The notes beneath the pieces were generated by a model, which had not been told where the DNA came from, made no database searches, and worked only from the letters and a program-made list of their open reading frames with translations. This document shows, piece after piece, positions 31,082 through 43,087 of a DNA stretch of 64,000 nucleotides (position 1 is the stretch's first letter; each line of letters starts with the position of its first letter). The stretch covers positions 178,799 to 242,798 of the forward strand of contig CAVUBL010000010.1 in assembly GCA_963739795.1 (NCBI GenBank), read 5' to 3'. Position numbers and translations under genes: made by a program. Source of the stretch: an uncultured Acidobacteriota bacterium (GTDB lineage Bacteria > Acidobacteriota > Thermoanaerobaculia > Multivoradales > DATKCC01).

Positions 31082-31535
31082 CGTCGTCGCCCCCGCCGCC
31101 GCTCTCGCTGCCGCCGCCGCTTCCAGAACCGCCGCCGCTCGATCCGCCGCCGTACGAGGACTCGTCGTAGTCCGGGTAGCCACCACCGCCGCCACCGCCA
31201 CCGCTACCCCGGCTGCCGAGCATCTGGAAGTTCTCGGCCACCACTTCGGTGCGGTAGCGCTTCTCGCCGGTGTTGCGGTCGTCCCACGAGCGGGTCTGGA
31301 TGCGACCCTCCACGAACACCTGCTTGCCCTTGGTCAGGTACTGGCCGGCGATCTCGGCCTGGCGCCCGAAGCAGACGATGTTGTGCCACTCCGTCTGCTC
31401 TTGGAGCTGGCCCTCGCGGTCCCTCCATTTGCGGGAGGTGGCGACGGGAAAGTTGGCGACGGGCTGACCGGACGAGGTCGAGCGGACTTCGGGGTCTCGG
31501 CCCAGGTTGCCGAGGAGAAAGACCTTGTTCACCAT
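31062..31535 (-). CDS. ssb: single-stranded DNA-binding protein
   Basis: OB-fold core ([18 protein letters not shown]...), a Gly-rich linker and the acidic tail DDDIPF. Confidence 0.9.
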   Translation of the reverse strand: MVNKVFLLGNLGRDPEVRSTSSGQPVANFPVATSRKWRDREGQLQEQTEWHNIVCFGRQAEIAGQYLTKGKQVFVEGRIQTRSWDDRNTGEKRYRTEVVAENFQMLGSRGSGGGGGGGGYPDYDESSYGGGSSGGGSGSGGGSESGGGGDDDDDIPF

Positions 31536-31652
31536 GGGGTTGGGTCTCCTGCAGATTGGTTCTCGAAGATCGAAGACGGTATCACAGGGGCGGTGGGCGC
31601 CTGGTAGTCTCCGGACGGTTTCTATCGCGTCTACAGAACCAGGACGGAAACG

Positions 31653-32090
31653 GTGCGTCTGATCTTGCAGAGGGTGTCGCGGGCGGCGGTGCGGGTGGCC
31701 GGCGAAGAGGTGGGGAGGATCGGCGCCGGGATGCTCATCCTGGCGGGCGTCGAGGCGGCCGACGGCCCCGCCCAGGTCGCGGCGGCGGTGCGCAAGATCG
31801 CGACCCTGCGGATCTTCGAGGACGCCGACGGGCGCATGAACCTGGATGGGGCGGCGGTGGGCGCCGAGCTGCTGGTGGTCTCCCAGTTCACCGTCGCCGG
31901 CTCCCTGGCCAAGGGCCGGCGCCCGTCGTTCGACTCGGCGGCGCCTCCGGAGCTCGCCGAGCCGCTGGTCGACAAACTGGTCGAGGGTCTGCGCGCCGCC
32001 GGCTACAGGGTCGCAACGGGGCGCTTCCGGGCGCACATGGAGGTCGAGCTGGTCAACGACGGGCCGGTGACCTTCGTCCTCGACACCTGA
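31653..32090 (+). CDS. dtd: D-aminoacyl-tRNA deacylase
   Basis: 145 aa with the SQFTV and GPVTF motifs characteristic of Dtd. Confidence 0.85.
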   Translation: MRLILQRVSRAAVRVAGEEVGRIGAGMLILAGVEAADGPAQVAAAVRKIATLRIFEDADGRMNLDGAAVGAELLVVSQFTVAGSLAKGRRPSFDSAAPPELAEPLVDKLVEGLRAAGYRVATGRFRAHMEVELVNDGPVTFVLDT

Positions 32091-33172
32091 GCCGGAAGAG
32101 GGGCCGGAGGGGGCTGCGAGACCTCGATCGTCGGTCCCGAGGACCCCGGCGCCAGGTCGACCTGATCGATGGGGACCGGCATGAAGGAGAGCAGGAAGAT
32201 GGCGCCGGCGATCCAGGCCAGGCGCCGGCGCCCAGGGGAGAGCGGCCGGGCTTCGTCGTCGACGGGCGGGTGGTGGAGGCCGAGGACCAGGGTCACCACG
32301 CACCAGAGCATCCAGCCGGGCCAGACGAACAGCGCGGCCCCGAGCAGGAGCATCCAGATCCCCAGGGCCAGGCGCCGCTGTACCCGGCCGAGGGCGGCGT
32401 AGAGGATGTGGCCACCGTCGAGCTGAGCCAGGGGAATCAGGTTCAGGGCGGTGGCGAGCAGCCCGAACCAGGCCGCCAGGGCGAAGGGGTGGAGCTGGAG
32501 GACCTGGCCGCTGCCGACGGGGCCGTGGAAGAGGCGCTCGAGCCCGAGCACGGCCAGGCTTCGGCCGGGCACCAGGAGGGTCACCCCCGCTCCCGTCGGG
32601 TCCGCGACCTGGGACAGGGGGATCGGCCGGGACCAGGCGATGCCCGCCACCAGAAAGGGGATCAGGGCTACGAATCCCGCCACCGGCCCGGCGACGCCCA
32701 CGTCGAAGAGCTCCCGCTTGGTCCGGATCGCCACCTTGATCTTGATGAACGCGCCCAGGGTTCCCACACCGAGGGGAAGGGGCAGGAAGTACGGCAGGGT
32801 TGCGGGGAGGCGGTAGCGGCGACAGGCCAGGTAGTGGCCGAGCTCGTGGCAGAGCAGGATGAACAGCGCCGGGATCGAGAACGACAGCCCCAGCCGCAAC
32901 AGGGCCGGGTCGCTCCACACCCGAGCCACGGTCTGGGGCAGCAGGAGCAGGGGCAGATCGGTCGTCTCCTGCGTGCTCGTGTAGAGCACCCAGACGGCGC
33001 CCATCGTCGTGGTGGTGAGGAACGTGAGGGCGAACAGGACCCCGGCCAGCAGCCAGCGCGGCCGTTGAGCCGGGGCGTGCCGCGGCGCAGAGGTGGGCGC
33101 CGGCAGCGCCGGATAGGGCTCGGACCCCGGCGGAGGCGGTCCGGCCTCCCAGGGCGGTCCGAAGTCGGTCAT
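32003..33172 (-). CDS. site-2-protease-family (M50) membrane zinc metalloprotease
   Basis: HELGHY zinc motif in a TM helix, an [13 protein letters not shown] second motif and multiple TM segments. Its 3' end overlaps dtd convergently by about 88 nt. Confidence 0.7.
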   Translation of the reverse strand: MTDFGPPWEAGPPPPGSEPYPALPAPTSAPRHAPAQRPRWLLAGVLFALTFLTTTTMGAVWVLYTSTQETTDLPLLLLPQTVARVWSDPALLRLGLSFSIPALFILLCHELGHYLACRRYRLPATLPYFLPLPLGVGTLGAFIKIKVAIRTKRELFDVGVAGPVAGFVALIPFLVAGIAWSRPIPLSQVADPTGAGVTLLVPGRSLAVLGLERLFHGPVGSGQVLQLHPFALAAWFGLLATALNLIPLAQLDGGHILYAALGRVQRRLALGIWMLLLGAALFVWPGWMLWCVVTLVLGLHHPPVDDEARPLSPGRRRLAWIAGAIFLLSFMPVPIDQVDLAPGSSGPTIEVSQPPPAPLPAQVSRTKVTGPSLTSSTSMCARKRPVATL

Positions 33173-33209
33173 CTGGTGGAGATCGGCAGAGAGCGGTAGG
33201 CGGGGCCCG

Positions 33210-33476
33210 CTATAGGTTTTTCAGCTCTTTGCCCGGTTTGAACCGCACGGTCTTTCCCGGAGCGATGGCGACCTCGACCCCCGTCTTCGGGTTGCGCCCC
33301 ACTCCTTTCTTGCGGTCCCGTACCTGGAACACGCCGAAGCCGCGAAGCTCGATGCGCTTGCCTGCCGAAAGGGCGTTCTTCATCGCATCGAGGATGGTGT
33401 CGACGGCCACCGCCGCCTTCACGCGGGGAACCTCGGAGACGTCCGCGACTCGGGTCACGATATCCGCTTTGATCAT
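33210..33476 (-). CDS. HU/IHF-family nucleoid DNA-binding protein
   Basis: 88 aa with GFGVFQVRDRKKGVGRNPKTGVEVAIAPGKTVRFKPGKELK, the classic HU beta-arm. Confidence 0.85.
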   Translation of the reverse strand: MIKADIVTRVADVSEVPRVKAAVAVDTILDAMKNALSAGKRIELRGFGVFQVRDRKKGVGRNPKTGVEVAIAPGKTVRFKPGKELKNL

Positions 33477-33534
33477 TTGCGCTCCAAAAAACGGCGGCAG
33501 TCTAGCAACCGGTTTCGACCGGTGTCAACGCGGC

Positions 33535-34842
33535 TTAAGCCTTTTTCTTCCGAAAGATACAACGCTCGTACGCGTCGGCCGCGACCTGGGACAGGCGCAG
33601 GAGGGACTCGAGGTCCACCTTCCCGAGCCCCTGCGGGCCGCGGTCGAGGAAGACGACCGTGACCAGACGGCCGCGGATCCGGACAGGGAGCAGGACGCAC
33701 TCGGTAGGAAGCGCACCGCCCCAGCACCGGGAGAGGGTCTTGTGCACCGCCATCGGGGGCAGCGGGCCGAGGTAGAAGCTGCCCGACTGGCGCAGGTTGA
33801 GGAAGCTCGAAGGCTGGCTGAAGTCCGCGGAGAAGCGGGTCAGGCACTCGTTGTCGACAGCCGCCCCCGCCCCCATCCAGCCCACGACGCGGTCGCGGAG
33901 CACCTTGAACAGGGCGACCCGCTCGAAGCTCTGGCCCAGGAAGCCGACCAGGATCCGGGCCACCTCCTCGGGTTCGGTCGCGGCCTCGAGGCGGGCCTCG
34001 ACCGCCGCCGAGGTCAGGGGCAGGGGCGGCGCCCCCGCCGGCACCGGCCGGGTGTCGTCGTTGCTGTCCTGGGACGCCGCGGCGTGCCGAGCCGCCAGCT
34101 CCCGGCGCTCCTGCTCGGTGAGAGCGATGCTCAGGGCGCGGCGCTTCTGCGGTCTCGGGCGCGGCGGAGCGACGGGCGGCTCGAGCACGCCGGTGCCCGC
34201 CGCGGCCCGGGCCCCGGAGCCTCCGGCCGGAGGAGGGAGCGGCTGCCGGGTTGCGGCCAGGTCCTCGGAGAAGAGCGCGGCCTCGGGCTGTTCCCAGAGC
34301 CTGCGGCTCCCGACGGCCGGCGCGCCCCCCGAGGCGGCGGTCTGGACCTCCTCCTCGTGCCACAGGTAGCGGGCGCGGTCGAGGCGCTCGGCGAGGGTGG
34401 CGAAGCGCGATGGGCACTCCTCTCCGTAGTAGCGGTCGAGGGCCTGGGCGAGGCGGACCTCGGTGGCGACGAAGGGCTCAACCCGCTTGCCGAGGGCGAA
34501 GGCGATCTCGTCCTGGCAGTTGAGGTCGCGGGGATCGAGCATCGCCACGTACACATGGGTGCTGAAGACGCGGAAGGGCACGGCCTTGCAGCGCAGAGCG
34601 AGCTTGGCGGGAAGGGCGTGGATCGAGTCCTCGGGGATGTCCCGCAGGTCCTCCACACCGACCGCCGGAAGCCGGTGCTGCTCGGAGAGGGCCTTGAGCA
34701 GGAGATCCTCGCTGATGGAGTTGTTTTCGAGAAGAGACGTGCCCAGTCGGCCCCCCGCTGCGGCCTGGGTCTGGAGGCCTCGGTCCACGTCTCGTGGCGA
34801 GGCCCAGCCGTGCTGTACCAGAAGCTGTCCGAGCTTGGGCAT
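33535..34842 (-). CDS. hypothetical regulatory protein with N-terminal GspE/MshE N-terminal-like (T2SSE_N) domain
   Basis: The N-terminus (LGQLLVQHGWASPRDVDRGLQ...GRLGTSLLENNSISEDLLLKALSEQ) resembles the T2SSE_N/MshEN fold. The middle is Pro/Ala-rich and low complexity. The C-terminal 150 aa is globular and of unknown function. Confidence 0.5.
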   Translation of the reverse strand: MPKLGQLLVQHGWASPRDVDRGLQTQAAAGGRLGTSLLENNSISEDLLLKALSEQHRLPAVGVEDLRDIPEDSIHALPAKLALRCKAVPFRVFSTHVYVAMLDPRDLNCQDEIAFALGKRVEPFVATEVRLAQALDRYYGEECPSRFATLAERLDRARYLWHEEEVQTAASGGAPAVGSRRLWEQPEAALFSEDLAATRQPLPPPAGGSGARAAAGTGVLEPPVAPPRPRPQKRRALSIALTEQERRELAARHAAASQDSNDDTRPVPAGAPPLPLTSAAVEARLEAATEPEEVARILVGFLGQSFERVALFKVLRDRVVGWMGAGAAVDNECLTRFSADFSQPSSFLNLRQSGSFYLGPLPPMAVHKTLSRCWGGALPTECVLLPVRIRGRLVTVVFLDRGPQGLGKVDLESLLRLSQVAADAYERCIFRKKKA

Positions 34843-34973
34843 GGTCGGGTTCGATCGGGTTCGGGGGGGCGGTCTCGTAACTTCCTGCTGCGCCGAGGGT
34901 TACCGGACGTCAGCTCATTATAGGGAGGCACTCTGAGCTTGTAAAGCACGACCGGACGGAGTATCGTGAGCCG

Positions 34974-37079
34974 ATGAGGGTGTTCGCCTCGTCCTTGCGA
35001 TTTTCCATGTTGGCCCCGTTGACGGTGTTGGCCCTGTCGGCCCTTCCTGTCATGGTGAGCGCGCCGGCCTTCGCCTCGCCGCCGTCCGAGGCGCCACCCG
35101 ACCCGGCCTCGCCGGCCCAAACTCAGCCCCAGTCGCCGGCCTCGGGCGCCGTCCACTCGGTCTCCGCCGAGGCCGCGTACCGCTTCGCCGTCGCCAAGAT
35201 GTTGGTCGACGAGGGGGACTACCGGGGCGCCGAAACCGCCTTCCAGCGCGCTCTCGAGCTCGATCCGAACGCCCCGTACGTGCGCATCGAGTACGCGAAG
35301 TTTCTGGCCCGACTCGGCCGCTTCGGCCGCACCCACGAGGCCCGGCTGGAGCGCCTGAAAGAGGCCGTCGATCAGGCCGAGAAGGCCCAGCAGGCCCTCC
35401 CGGGCAACGTCGACGCCTTGCGCGCAGTGGCGACGACGAACCTGTCCCTGGGTGGAGAGGAGCCGAGCGATCCGGCGCCCATGGCGGCGGCGGTGGCGGC
35501 CTTCGAGAAGCTGCGCACCGTCGATCCCCGGGACGTGCGCTCTCTGCTCTCCCTCGGCCAGATCTACCTGCGCCGCGGAGAGCCGGCGGCGGCGGCGGAA
35601 GTCTTCCAGGAGATCGTGGCCGAGACTCCCGGGTATCGGCCGGTCTACCGCCTGCTCGCCGAGGCCCTGATGCAGTCGAAGCAGATGGACAAGGCGGCTG
35701 ACGCTCTGAAGGAGGTCCTCGCCACGGAGCCCGACTCCGAGCCGGCGCGTCTTGCGCTGGCCGAGATCCTCGCTGACCGGGGCGACCACAAGGAGGCCGC
35801 CAAAGTCCTGCGCGAGGCGCCCGTGCCCCTGGAGAGCGTCGACGCCCGCACCCGCCTGGCCACCGAGCTCTACCTCTCCGGCGACCTGGACGGCGCGCTC
35901 AAGGAGCTCGAAGCCCTGGCCAAGCAGGTGCCCGACAGCCGCTACGTGAGCCTACTCCGCGGCCTCGTCCTGAGCGCCCAGGCGCGCAACGAGGAAGCCC
36001 TCCAGACCCTCCAGCCCCTCCTCGGCGCCGGCCCCGGCGACGCCGACCTGGCGATCACGGTGAGCCAGCTCCTGGTGCGCCAGGAGCGTGAGCCCGAGGC
36101 GGTCAAGATCCTGACCTCGACCCTCGCGCGTCTGGACAAGGAGGGGCCGGCGAGCGAGGCGGAGCAGGTGCGCCTGGCCCTCGCCCGGCTCTACGCCAGC
36201 CTCGACCGCTGGAAGGACGTGGAGACCGCCCTGGCACCGCTTCTCGGCAAGCCCTCCTCCGGTGACCAGGACCTCGAGACCGGGCGCGAGGCGGTGCTTC
36301 TCGACGCCGACGCCCTGGTCGAGCAGAAGCGGGGGGAGGAGGCTCTGGACCGCCTGAACGCGTGGCAGGCCGAGGACGACGACCCGGCGGTGATCGGAAA
36401 GCGCGCCGAGGTCCTCGCCCGCAGCGGCCACGTGCCGGAGGCGGTGGCGATCGCCGACGGGATCGACCCGGCCGATCAGCCCGACGCCTTTCTGGAGATC
36501 GTCCAGGGCGTCCAACGGGCCGAGCGCTACGCCGAGAGCATTCCACTGCTGCAGCGGTTTCTGGCGGCGAAGCCCGACGCCACCGACGCCCGGTTCCTCC
36601 TCGGCACGGCCCAGGAGAGGTCCGGCGACCACGACGCCGCGGTGAAGACCTTCTCGTCCTTGCTCGCCGACCAGCCGGACTACCACCCGGCTCTCAACTA
36701 CCTCGGGTACATGTGGATCGAGAAGGGCCAGAACCTGGACAAGGCCGTGGACATGGTGCGCCGGGCGGTGGCCCTCGCTCCGGACAACGGCGCCTACATC
36801 GACTCGCTGGGCTGGGGCTACTTCCAGCTCGGCCGCCTGGACGAGGCCCGGCAGTCCCTGGAAAGGGCCTCGCGCCTGATCCGAGACCCGACGGTCTACG
36901 AGCACCTGGGAGATGTCTACGCCGCCCTCGGTAGGGCCGACGACGCGCGCCGCGCCTACCACCGGGCGATCCAGCTCGAGGCCGACGATCCCGCGACGGT
37001 CGAGCACAAGCTGAGCGAGCTCGACCACGCGACGCAGGCCAAGCCCGACGTCCAGCAGCCGCAGCGGCGACCGCAGTAA
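34974..37079 (+). CDS. secreted tetratricopeptide-repeat protein
   Basis: Signal peptide plus about 12 TPR-like repeats (AEAAYRFAVAKMLVDEGDYRGAETAFQRALELDPNAPY etc.). Confidence 0.75.
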   Translation: MRVFASSLRFSMLAPLTVLALSALPVMVSAPAFASPPSEAPPDPASPAQTQPQSPASGAVHSVSAEAAYRFAVAKMLVDEGDYRGAETAFQRALELDPNAPYVRIEYAKFLARLGRFGRTHEARLERLKEAVDQAEKAQQALPGNVDALRAVATTNLSLGGEEPSDPAPMAAAVAAFEKLRTVDPRDVRSLLSLGQIYLRRGEPAAAAEVFQEIVAETPGYRPVYRLLAEALMQSKQMDKAADALKEVLATEPDSEPARLALAEILADRGDHKEAAKVLREAPVPLESVDARTRLATELYLSGDLDGALKELEALAKQVPDSRYVSLLRGLVLSAQARNEEALQTLQPLLGAGPGDADLAITVSQLLVRQEREPEAVKILTSTLARLDKEGPASEAEQVRLALARLYASLDRWKDVETALAPLLGKPSSGDQDLETGREAVLLDADALVEQKRGEEALDRLNAWQAEDDDPAVIGKRAEVLARSGHVPEAVAIADGIDPADQPDAFLEIVQGVQRAERYAESIPLLQRFLAAKPDATDARFLLGTAQERSGDHDAAVKTFSSLLADQPDYHPALNYLGYMWIEKGQNLDKAVDMVRRAVALAPDNGAYIDSLGWGYFQLGRLDEARQSLERASRLIRDPTVYEHLGDVYAALGRADDARRAYHRAIQLEADDPATVEHKLSELDHATQAKPDVQQPQRRPQ

Positions 37080-37085
37080 TCGGCG

Positions 37086-37832
37086 GTGTCGAGATCGCGA
37101 ACGCTGTGGGCTGCCTCGGCGCTGGTTGCCGGGGCGCTTCTCCAAGCCTGCTCAGCGGCTCGGCCGCCGGCCGCCCGCCCGGCGCCGAGGCGGGAGCCCT
37201 GGGTGGTGCCCTCCAGCGACTACGGCACCCAGCGCCTCTTCCGTCTCCACTACGACGGACCGGAAGGGGAGGGCACCCTACGCCTTGTCCTGCGCCTGGA
37301 AAGCCCGAGCCGGTATCGCCTGGTGATCTCCGATCGCCTGGGCCGCTCCCTGTTCACCCTGGACGCGGCGCCCTCCGGCGGTCTCCTCCTGGATCATCGC
37401 CAGGCTCTCGCCTGCCCCCTGGCCGCCGGGGTCCGGCTGGAGGGGCTCCCGATCGAGCCGCTCTCGGTCCAGGCCCTGCCCGCCGTGCTCCTGGGGCGCC
37501 TTCCGTCGCTTCCGGCCCACGGCCGGTCGCGGGAGTCCTCGACCGGCGCACTGGAGTTCCGGGACGGGGCGGGGCGTCGCTGGAGCGCCCGGTTGGGCGA
37601 CGGCGGCCAGGTGCGGAGCTGGACCCTCTGGCAGGCGGGAGAGCCGGCTCTATGGTGGCGCTCGAACGACGGCCAGGCGTTCCTCTCGGACCGCCGGCGG
37701 GGCGCCCAGGCGAGCTGGCGCGAGGTGGGGCGGGAGCCCCTGGCGGAGCCGCTGCCGCCGCCGGCCGTGCCGGAGGGATTCGCGGCCGGCGAGTGCTCCG
37801 GCGCGATTGACACTATCGATCCCGGTCTCTAG
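37086..37832 (+). CDS. putative lipoprotein, LolB-like by position
   Basis: Signal peptide ending in LLQAC (a lipobox-like Cys). It follows a TPR protein and precedes the prs-rplY-pth block, as lolB does in Pseudomonas-type synteny. No strong sequence motif. Confidence 0.45.
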   Translation: MSRSRTLWAASALVAGALLQACSAARPPAARPAPRREPWVVPSSDYGTQRLFRLHYDGPEGEGTLRLVLRLESPSRYRLVISDRLGRSLFTLDAAPSGGLLLDHRQALACPLAAGVRLEGLPIEPLSVQALPAVLLGRLPSLPAHGRSRESSTGALEFRDGAGRRWSARLGDGGQVRSWTLWQAGEPALWWRSNDGQAFLSDRRRGAQASWREVGREPLAEPLPPPAVPEGFAAGECSGAIDTIDPGL

Positions 37833-37848
37833 CATCGGGAGGAGTGCG

Positions 37849-37879
37849 TTGAACGGCGGACCGGCGGGAACTGTATAAT
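37849..37879 (+). promoter_or_regulatory. putative sigma70-type promoter for spoVG: TTGAAC ... extended -10 TGTATAAT
   Basis: A perfect TATAAT with an upstream TG at ~37872..37879, and TTGAAC about 19 nt upstream, in the 112-nt gap before spoVG. GAGGAGAG Shine-Dalgarno before the ATG at 37945. Confidence 0.4.
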
Positions 37880-37944
37880 GCGCTGACCGTCAGGCTCTGG
37901 AGCCTCGCGGCGCGGCCGCCGGTCGGATCGAGGAGAGTCGGACG

Positions 37945-38415
37945 ATGAAGATCACCGAGGTCAAGGTCTTCCCGGTCAGCGAAGAGAAGCTGAAGGCGTT
38001 CGTCTCGGTGGTCCTCGACGGCTGCTTCATGGTCAATGACATCAAGGTGATCCGCGGCAAGGACGGCCTGTTCATCAGTATGCCGAGCCGCAAGAAGAAG
38101 AACGGCGAGTTCAAGGACGTAGCCCACCCGCTCAACAACGAGACCCGCCTGATGATCGAGGGCCGGGTCCTCGACGAGTATGAGCTGGTCTTGCGCGAGC
38201 GGGGAGAGGAACCGGAGGTCGAGAGGCGGCAGCTCCGGGTGGAGGAGGAAACGGAAGCCTCGGCGACGCCCGCCGCGGCCGGCGAGCCGGAGGCGGCCGC
38301 GAGTGGGGAAGGAGAAGCGCGACCGGAATCGGAGGCCGAGGAGCCGGAGGGCGAGAAGAGCCTCGAAGAGGTTCAGGAGCTCCACCTGCGCGACTCCTTC
38401 TGGTCGGTCGGCTAA
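37945..38415 (+). CDS. spoVG: SpoVG-family regulatory RNA/DNA-binding protein with acidic C-terminal extension
   Basis: MKITEVKVFPVSEEKLKAFVSVVLDGCFMVNDIKVIRGKDGLFISMPSRK, a near-canonical SpoVG core, followed by a Glu-rich tail. Confidence 0.9.
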   Translation: MKITEVKVFPVSEEKLKAFVSVVLDGCFMVNDIKVIRGKDGLFISMPSRKKKNGEFKDVAHPLNNETRLMIEGRVLDEYELVLRERGEEPEVERRQLRVEEETEASATPAAAGEPEAAASGEGEARPESEAEEPEGEKSLEEVQELHLRDSFWSVG

Positions 38416-38460
38416 GATCCCGTCCTGGCGGGCGCTGGATCTCGCCGCGGCTCGAGACGC

Positions 38461-38535
38461 TGGGGCGTCGCCAAGTGGCAAGGCACGGGACTTTGGATCC
38501 CGCATTCGTAGGTTCGAATCCTACCGCCCCAACCA
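38461..38535 (+). tRNA. tRNA-Gln (anticodon UUG)
   Basis: Cloverleaf folded by hand. The 7-bp acceptor is UGGGGCG/CGCCCCA and the D-stem is the 3-bp type typical of tRNA-Gln. The anticodon stem is CGGGA/UCCCG with loop CUUUGGA, and the T-arm is GUAGG-UUCGAAU-CCUAC. Discriminator A and an encoded CCA. Confidence 0.9.
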
Positions 38536-38673
38536 GCTCGTTCGTCGGTAGGTCGAGAAGCTGACAGGCGGTCCGCCGCCCGGGCCGAGGCCCGTCGGGT
38601 GGGAACCGCGAAACGACTGTGGAGACGACGCCGGGACCGCTGGTTCCCGCGGCGTCTCTTTGTGTGAGGGCAC

Positions 38674-39615
38674 GTGTACGGAGAGCTGAAAGTCTTTGGC
38701 GGTCGGGCGCATCCGGCCCTGACCGACGAGATCTGCACCTACCTGAACGTAGCGTGCGGCAAGGTGACCACGTACAACTTCTCCGACGGCGAGATCTTCT
38801 GCCAGATCGAGGAGAACGTCCGGGGATCGGACGTGTTCGTGGTCCAGCCCACCTGCCCGCCGACCAACGAGAACCTGATCGAGCTGCTGGTGATGCTCGA
38901 CGCGTTCAAGCGGTCGTCGGCGGCGCGGGTGACGGCGGTGCTGCCGTACTTCGGCTACGCACGCCAGGACAAGAAGGATCGCCCCCGGGTACCGATCACG
39001 TCCAAGCTCGTCGCCGACCTCATTTCGAAGGCCGGCGCCGACCGCGTGCTCACCATGGACCTCCACGCGGCGCAGATCCAGGGCTTTTTCGACATCCCGG
39101 TGGATCACCTCTTCGCCGCGCCGGTGCTCCTCGACGCGGTGCGCGCGCTGGAGATCCCGAACCTCACCATCGTCTCCCCCGACGCCGGCGGCGTGGAGCG
39201 GGCCCGGGCCATCGCCAAGCGCCTCGACTCGAGCCTGGCCATCGTCGACAAGCGGCGAACCGGGCCGAACGAGGCCGAGGTCATGAACGTGATCGGGGAC
39301 GTCCGGGGCCAGAACGCCCTGATCATCGACGACATCATCGACACCGCCGGGACGCTGACCAAGACGGTCGAAGCGCTGGTTGGTCAAGGAGCCATCGGGG
39401 TAATGGCGGTGGGCGTCCACGGCATCCTGTCGGGGCCGGCCATCGACCGCCTCCGGGAATCCCCCGTCACCCGGGTCCTGATCACCAACACCACGCCGAT
39501 CCATGAGAAGCTCCAGCGGCTGGAGAAGCTGCAATCCCTGTCGGTCGCCTCGCTCCTGGGCGAGGCGGTGCGACGCATCCACGAGGACAGCTCGGTGAGC
39601 TCGCTGTTCGTGTAG
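38674..39615 (+). CDS. prs: ribose-phosphate pyrophosphokinase
   Basis: PRPP synthetase motifs (DLHAAQIQGFFDIPVDHL; PRPP-binding loop IIDDIIDTAGT). GTG start. Confidence 0.9.
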   Translation: MYGELKVFGGRAHPALTDEICTYLNVACGKVTTYNFSDGEIFCQIEENVRGSDVFVVQPTCPPTNENLIELLVMLDAFKRSSAARVTAVLPYFGYARQDKKDRPRVPITSKLVADLISKAGADRVLTMDLHAAQIQGFFDIPVDHLFAAPVLLDAVRALEIPNLTIVSPDAGGVERARAIAKRLDSSLAIVDKRRTGPNEAEVMNVIGDVRGQNALIIDDIIDTAGTLTKTVEALVGQGAIGVMAVGVHGILSGPAIDRLRESPVTRVLITNTTPIHEKLQRLEKLQSLSVASLLGEAVRRIHEDSSVSSLFV

Positions 39616-39636
39616 CCACCGCCAGAGAGACCAACC

Positions 39637-40308
39637 ATGACCGAACAGTTCCACATCGAAGTCCATACCCGCGAATCGACAGGCAAGAACTCCAACCGCC
39701 GGCTGCGCGCCGCGGGCCAGATCCCGGCGGTGCTCTACGGGGCCGGCCGCGACACCGTTCCGATCACCATCGGGCGGAAGACGATCCAGGAGGTCTTCCG
39801 CCACGGGGCCGGAGAAAACACCATCTTCCTGCTAAAGCGGGTGGAGAGCGATCAGCAGCGCCACGCCCGGATCCGCGAGATGCAGGTGGACCCGGTGAGC
39901 CGCGAGGTCCTCCACATCGACTTCCAGCGCGTCCTGATGGACGAGGCGATCCGCATCAACGTCCAGATTCGGGCGGTGGGCGAGCCCACGGGAGTCAAGA
40001 ACGAGGGCGGCGTGCTGGACCTGGTGACCCGCGAGGTCGAGGTCGAGTGCCTGCCCGGTGACATCCCCGAGGCGATCGAGCTCGACGTCGAGGCCCTCGC
40101 CATCGGCGACCACCTGGACGCCCGCGATCTGACCCTCCCGAAAGGGGTCACGCTGCTCGAGGAGCCCGACCGCGTGATCGTCTCCGTGTCCTACGCGGCG
40201 CGGATCGAGGAGGCGGAGGAAGAGGGCGAGGAGCTCCTGGAGGCGGCGCTCGAGGAGCCCGAGCTCATCGGCCGGAGCCGCGAGGAAGAGGGCGAAGAGG
40301 AAGGCTAG
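39637..40308 (+). CDS. rplY: 50S ribosomal protein L25 / general stress protein Ctc
   Basis: L25 N-terminal beta-barrel (RESTGKNSNRRLRAAGQIPAVLYG) plus the Ctc-type C-terminal domain and an acidic tail. Confidence 0.85.
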   Translation: MTEQFHIEVHTRESTGKNSNRRLRAAGQIPAVLYGAGRDTVPITIGRKTIQEVFRHGAGENTIFLLKRVESDQQRHARIREMQVDPVSREVLHIDFQRVLMDEAIRINVQIRAVGEPTGVKNEGGVLDLVTREVEVECLPGDIPEAIELDVEALAIGDHLDARDLTLPKGVTLLEEPDRVIVSVSYAARIEEAEEEGEELLEAALEEPELIGRSREEEGEEEG

Positions 40309-40358
40309 CGCCCGCGCGCTCGCCGCCCCGCCGGCGCCTGCGAGAGGCGTTCTCATCC

Positions 40359-40984
40359 ATGCCTGGACACCGACAGGACCGGGAGACGACCGGTCGCGGC
40401 CGGCGTGTGGTCGCGGGCCTGGGCAATCCCGGCGAGCGCTACCGGGAGAGCCGCCACAACCTGGGCTTCCGGGTGGTAGAGCTGCTTGCCCGGAGGCGCA
40501 GCATCCGGATCCGGCGGCTCGAGTGCAACGCCCTGCTCGGGGAGGGCGACGGCCTGACCCTGGTCCTTCCCCAGACCTACATGAACCGGAGCGGCCACGC
40601 CCTGCGCTGCCTGGTGGAGAAGGGGCGGCTCGATCCTGCGGAGCTGCTGGTCGTCTACGACGAGGTGCACCTGCCCCTGGGACGGCTGCGCTTGCGTCCC
40701 GGTGGCAGCCCCGGAGGTCACCGGGGCATGGAGTCCGTGGTCGAGAGCCTGCGCACCGACCGGGTGGCCCGCCTGCGACTGGGTTGCGCCGGCGACGGAG
40801 GCAGCCCCGAGGGAGACGCCCTGGTGGACTACGTGCTCGGACCCTTCCGACGCCACGAGGTGGCGGCGGTGGAGGAGATGGTCGAGCGCGCCGCCGACGC
40901 CTGTGAAGCCTGGCTCGCCGAGGGGATCGAAGCGGCCATGAACCGAACCAACACCAAACTCTCAACCGATGGGGAGCAAGAACC

Positions 40985-40988
<4 letters not shown>
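40359..40988 (+). CDS. pth: peptidyl-tRNA hydrolase
   Basis: Pth motifs ([40 protein letters not shown]). The true start may be a downstream GTG. Confidence 0.85.
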
Positions 40989-43066
<2,078 letters not shown>

Positions 43067-43087
43067 CTCGCGAGACCCCCGCCCGGC

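Noticed and set aside
31080-31200. GGC/GCC-rich tandem-looking repeats (gccgccgccgct...)
   Set aside because: They encode the Gly-rich flexible linker of SSB on the minus strand ([31 protein letters not shown]). This is a coding low-complexity region, not a CRISPR or satellite repeat.
29825-33199. 1124-aa plus-strand ORF across serC, ssb and the M50 protease region
   Set aside because: It overlaps confidently assigned minus-strand genes (serC, ssb, M50 protease) and the plus-strand dtd in another frame. The translation is an Arg/Gly-rich low-complexity artefact.
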